DNA of 34,509 nucleotides from a virus (Duplodnaviria; Heunggongvirae; Uroviricota; Caudoviricetes): IMG/VR virus record IMGVR_UViG_2541047783_000002; one strand, 5' to 3'. Shown piece by piece: positions 34,195 to 34,509 of this stretch (position 1 is its first letter; each line of letters starts with the position of its first letter). The notes under the pieces were generated by a model. It saw only the letters and a program-made list of their open reading frames with translations, ran no database searches and was not told where the DNA came from. The position numbers and the translations under genes were made by a program.

Positions 34195-34509
34195 GGTAGG
34201 GCGATTAAAAAACTCGGCGATCTCTTTCTCTAACGCCAGATGCGGCGCATAACTGCCGTTTGCCATACGAGAACCGGTGGTGCCGGTGCCTTGGGCCGCT
34301 AATGCTGCCTGACCTTCGGCGATGGCATCATGATTAAAGGTTAAACCGAGATAATTATTGGTCCCGGCCAGAATCACTTTTTTATTGCCGATCCGACCTT
34401 CGGTGGCGGAATACACTTCATCAATACAGGTGCCAAACGGTGTTAACCCGTTGTCACTAAATTGCAGTCGCTCGCCAGCAAGGCGCGCAAATTTATCGTA
34501 TAGCCCCAT
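34195..34509 (-). pseudogene. host class-II PLP-dependent aminotransferase (alpha-oxoamine synthase family, BioF/Kbl-like), 5' fragment disrupted by prophage insertion
   Basis: Translation MGLYDK...KKVILAGTNNYLGL...HLALEKEIAEFFNRPT aligns with N-terminal about 105 residues of BioF/Kbl-type enzymes (NxYLGL motif); frame ends at TGA supplied by the prophage end at 34192-34194. Confidence 0.7.

Noticed and set aside
1-34509. Integrase/attachment-site or tRNA-associated integration
   Set aside because: No tyrosine or serine recombinase-like ORF and no tRNA-like sequence seen; the DDE transposase, B ATPase and disrupted host CDS at the junction indicate transposition instead.

Overview
Almost the whole window (1-34194) is one Mu-like transposable prophage with two divergent arms, an organisation I recall for BcepMu-type phages. 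The minus strand from 21881 down to 1 carries the late genes: lysis cassette (holin-like, membrane-anchored lytic transglycosylase, Rz/Rz1 spanins), terminase, portal, head morphogenesis, protease/scaffold, capsid, sheath, tube, a frameshift-type tail chaperone pair, tape measure, baseplate genes (U-X-D-V-W-J-I order) and the 5' part of a tail-fibre gene that runs off the left edge. The plus strand from 24829 to 33119 carries the early operon: Ner/Cro-like protein, DDE transposase A, AAA+ ATPase B, Gam, a block of small unknown genes, GemA-like and Mor-like activator, closed by a clear intrinsic terminator. The hinge between the arms (21979-24766) holds an accessory cluster (P-loop protein, two small unknowns, an orphan Dam-type methyltransferase) and the XRE-type repressor. 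The right prophage end sits at about 34194 (terminal 5'-TG on the inward strand, tandem TTATCTCACG repeats) and cuts a host PLP-dependent aminotransferase gene (34195-34509) after about 105 codons. There is no integrase, tRNA or CRISPR array. The best candidates for an undescribed system are the hinge accessory cluster and the end-proximal membrane-protein locus (33214-34055); neither has a domain I can name with confidence. All calls come from reading the ORF translations and sequence by eye; no database search was run, and family names are recalled similarities.
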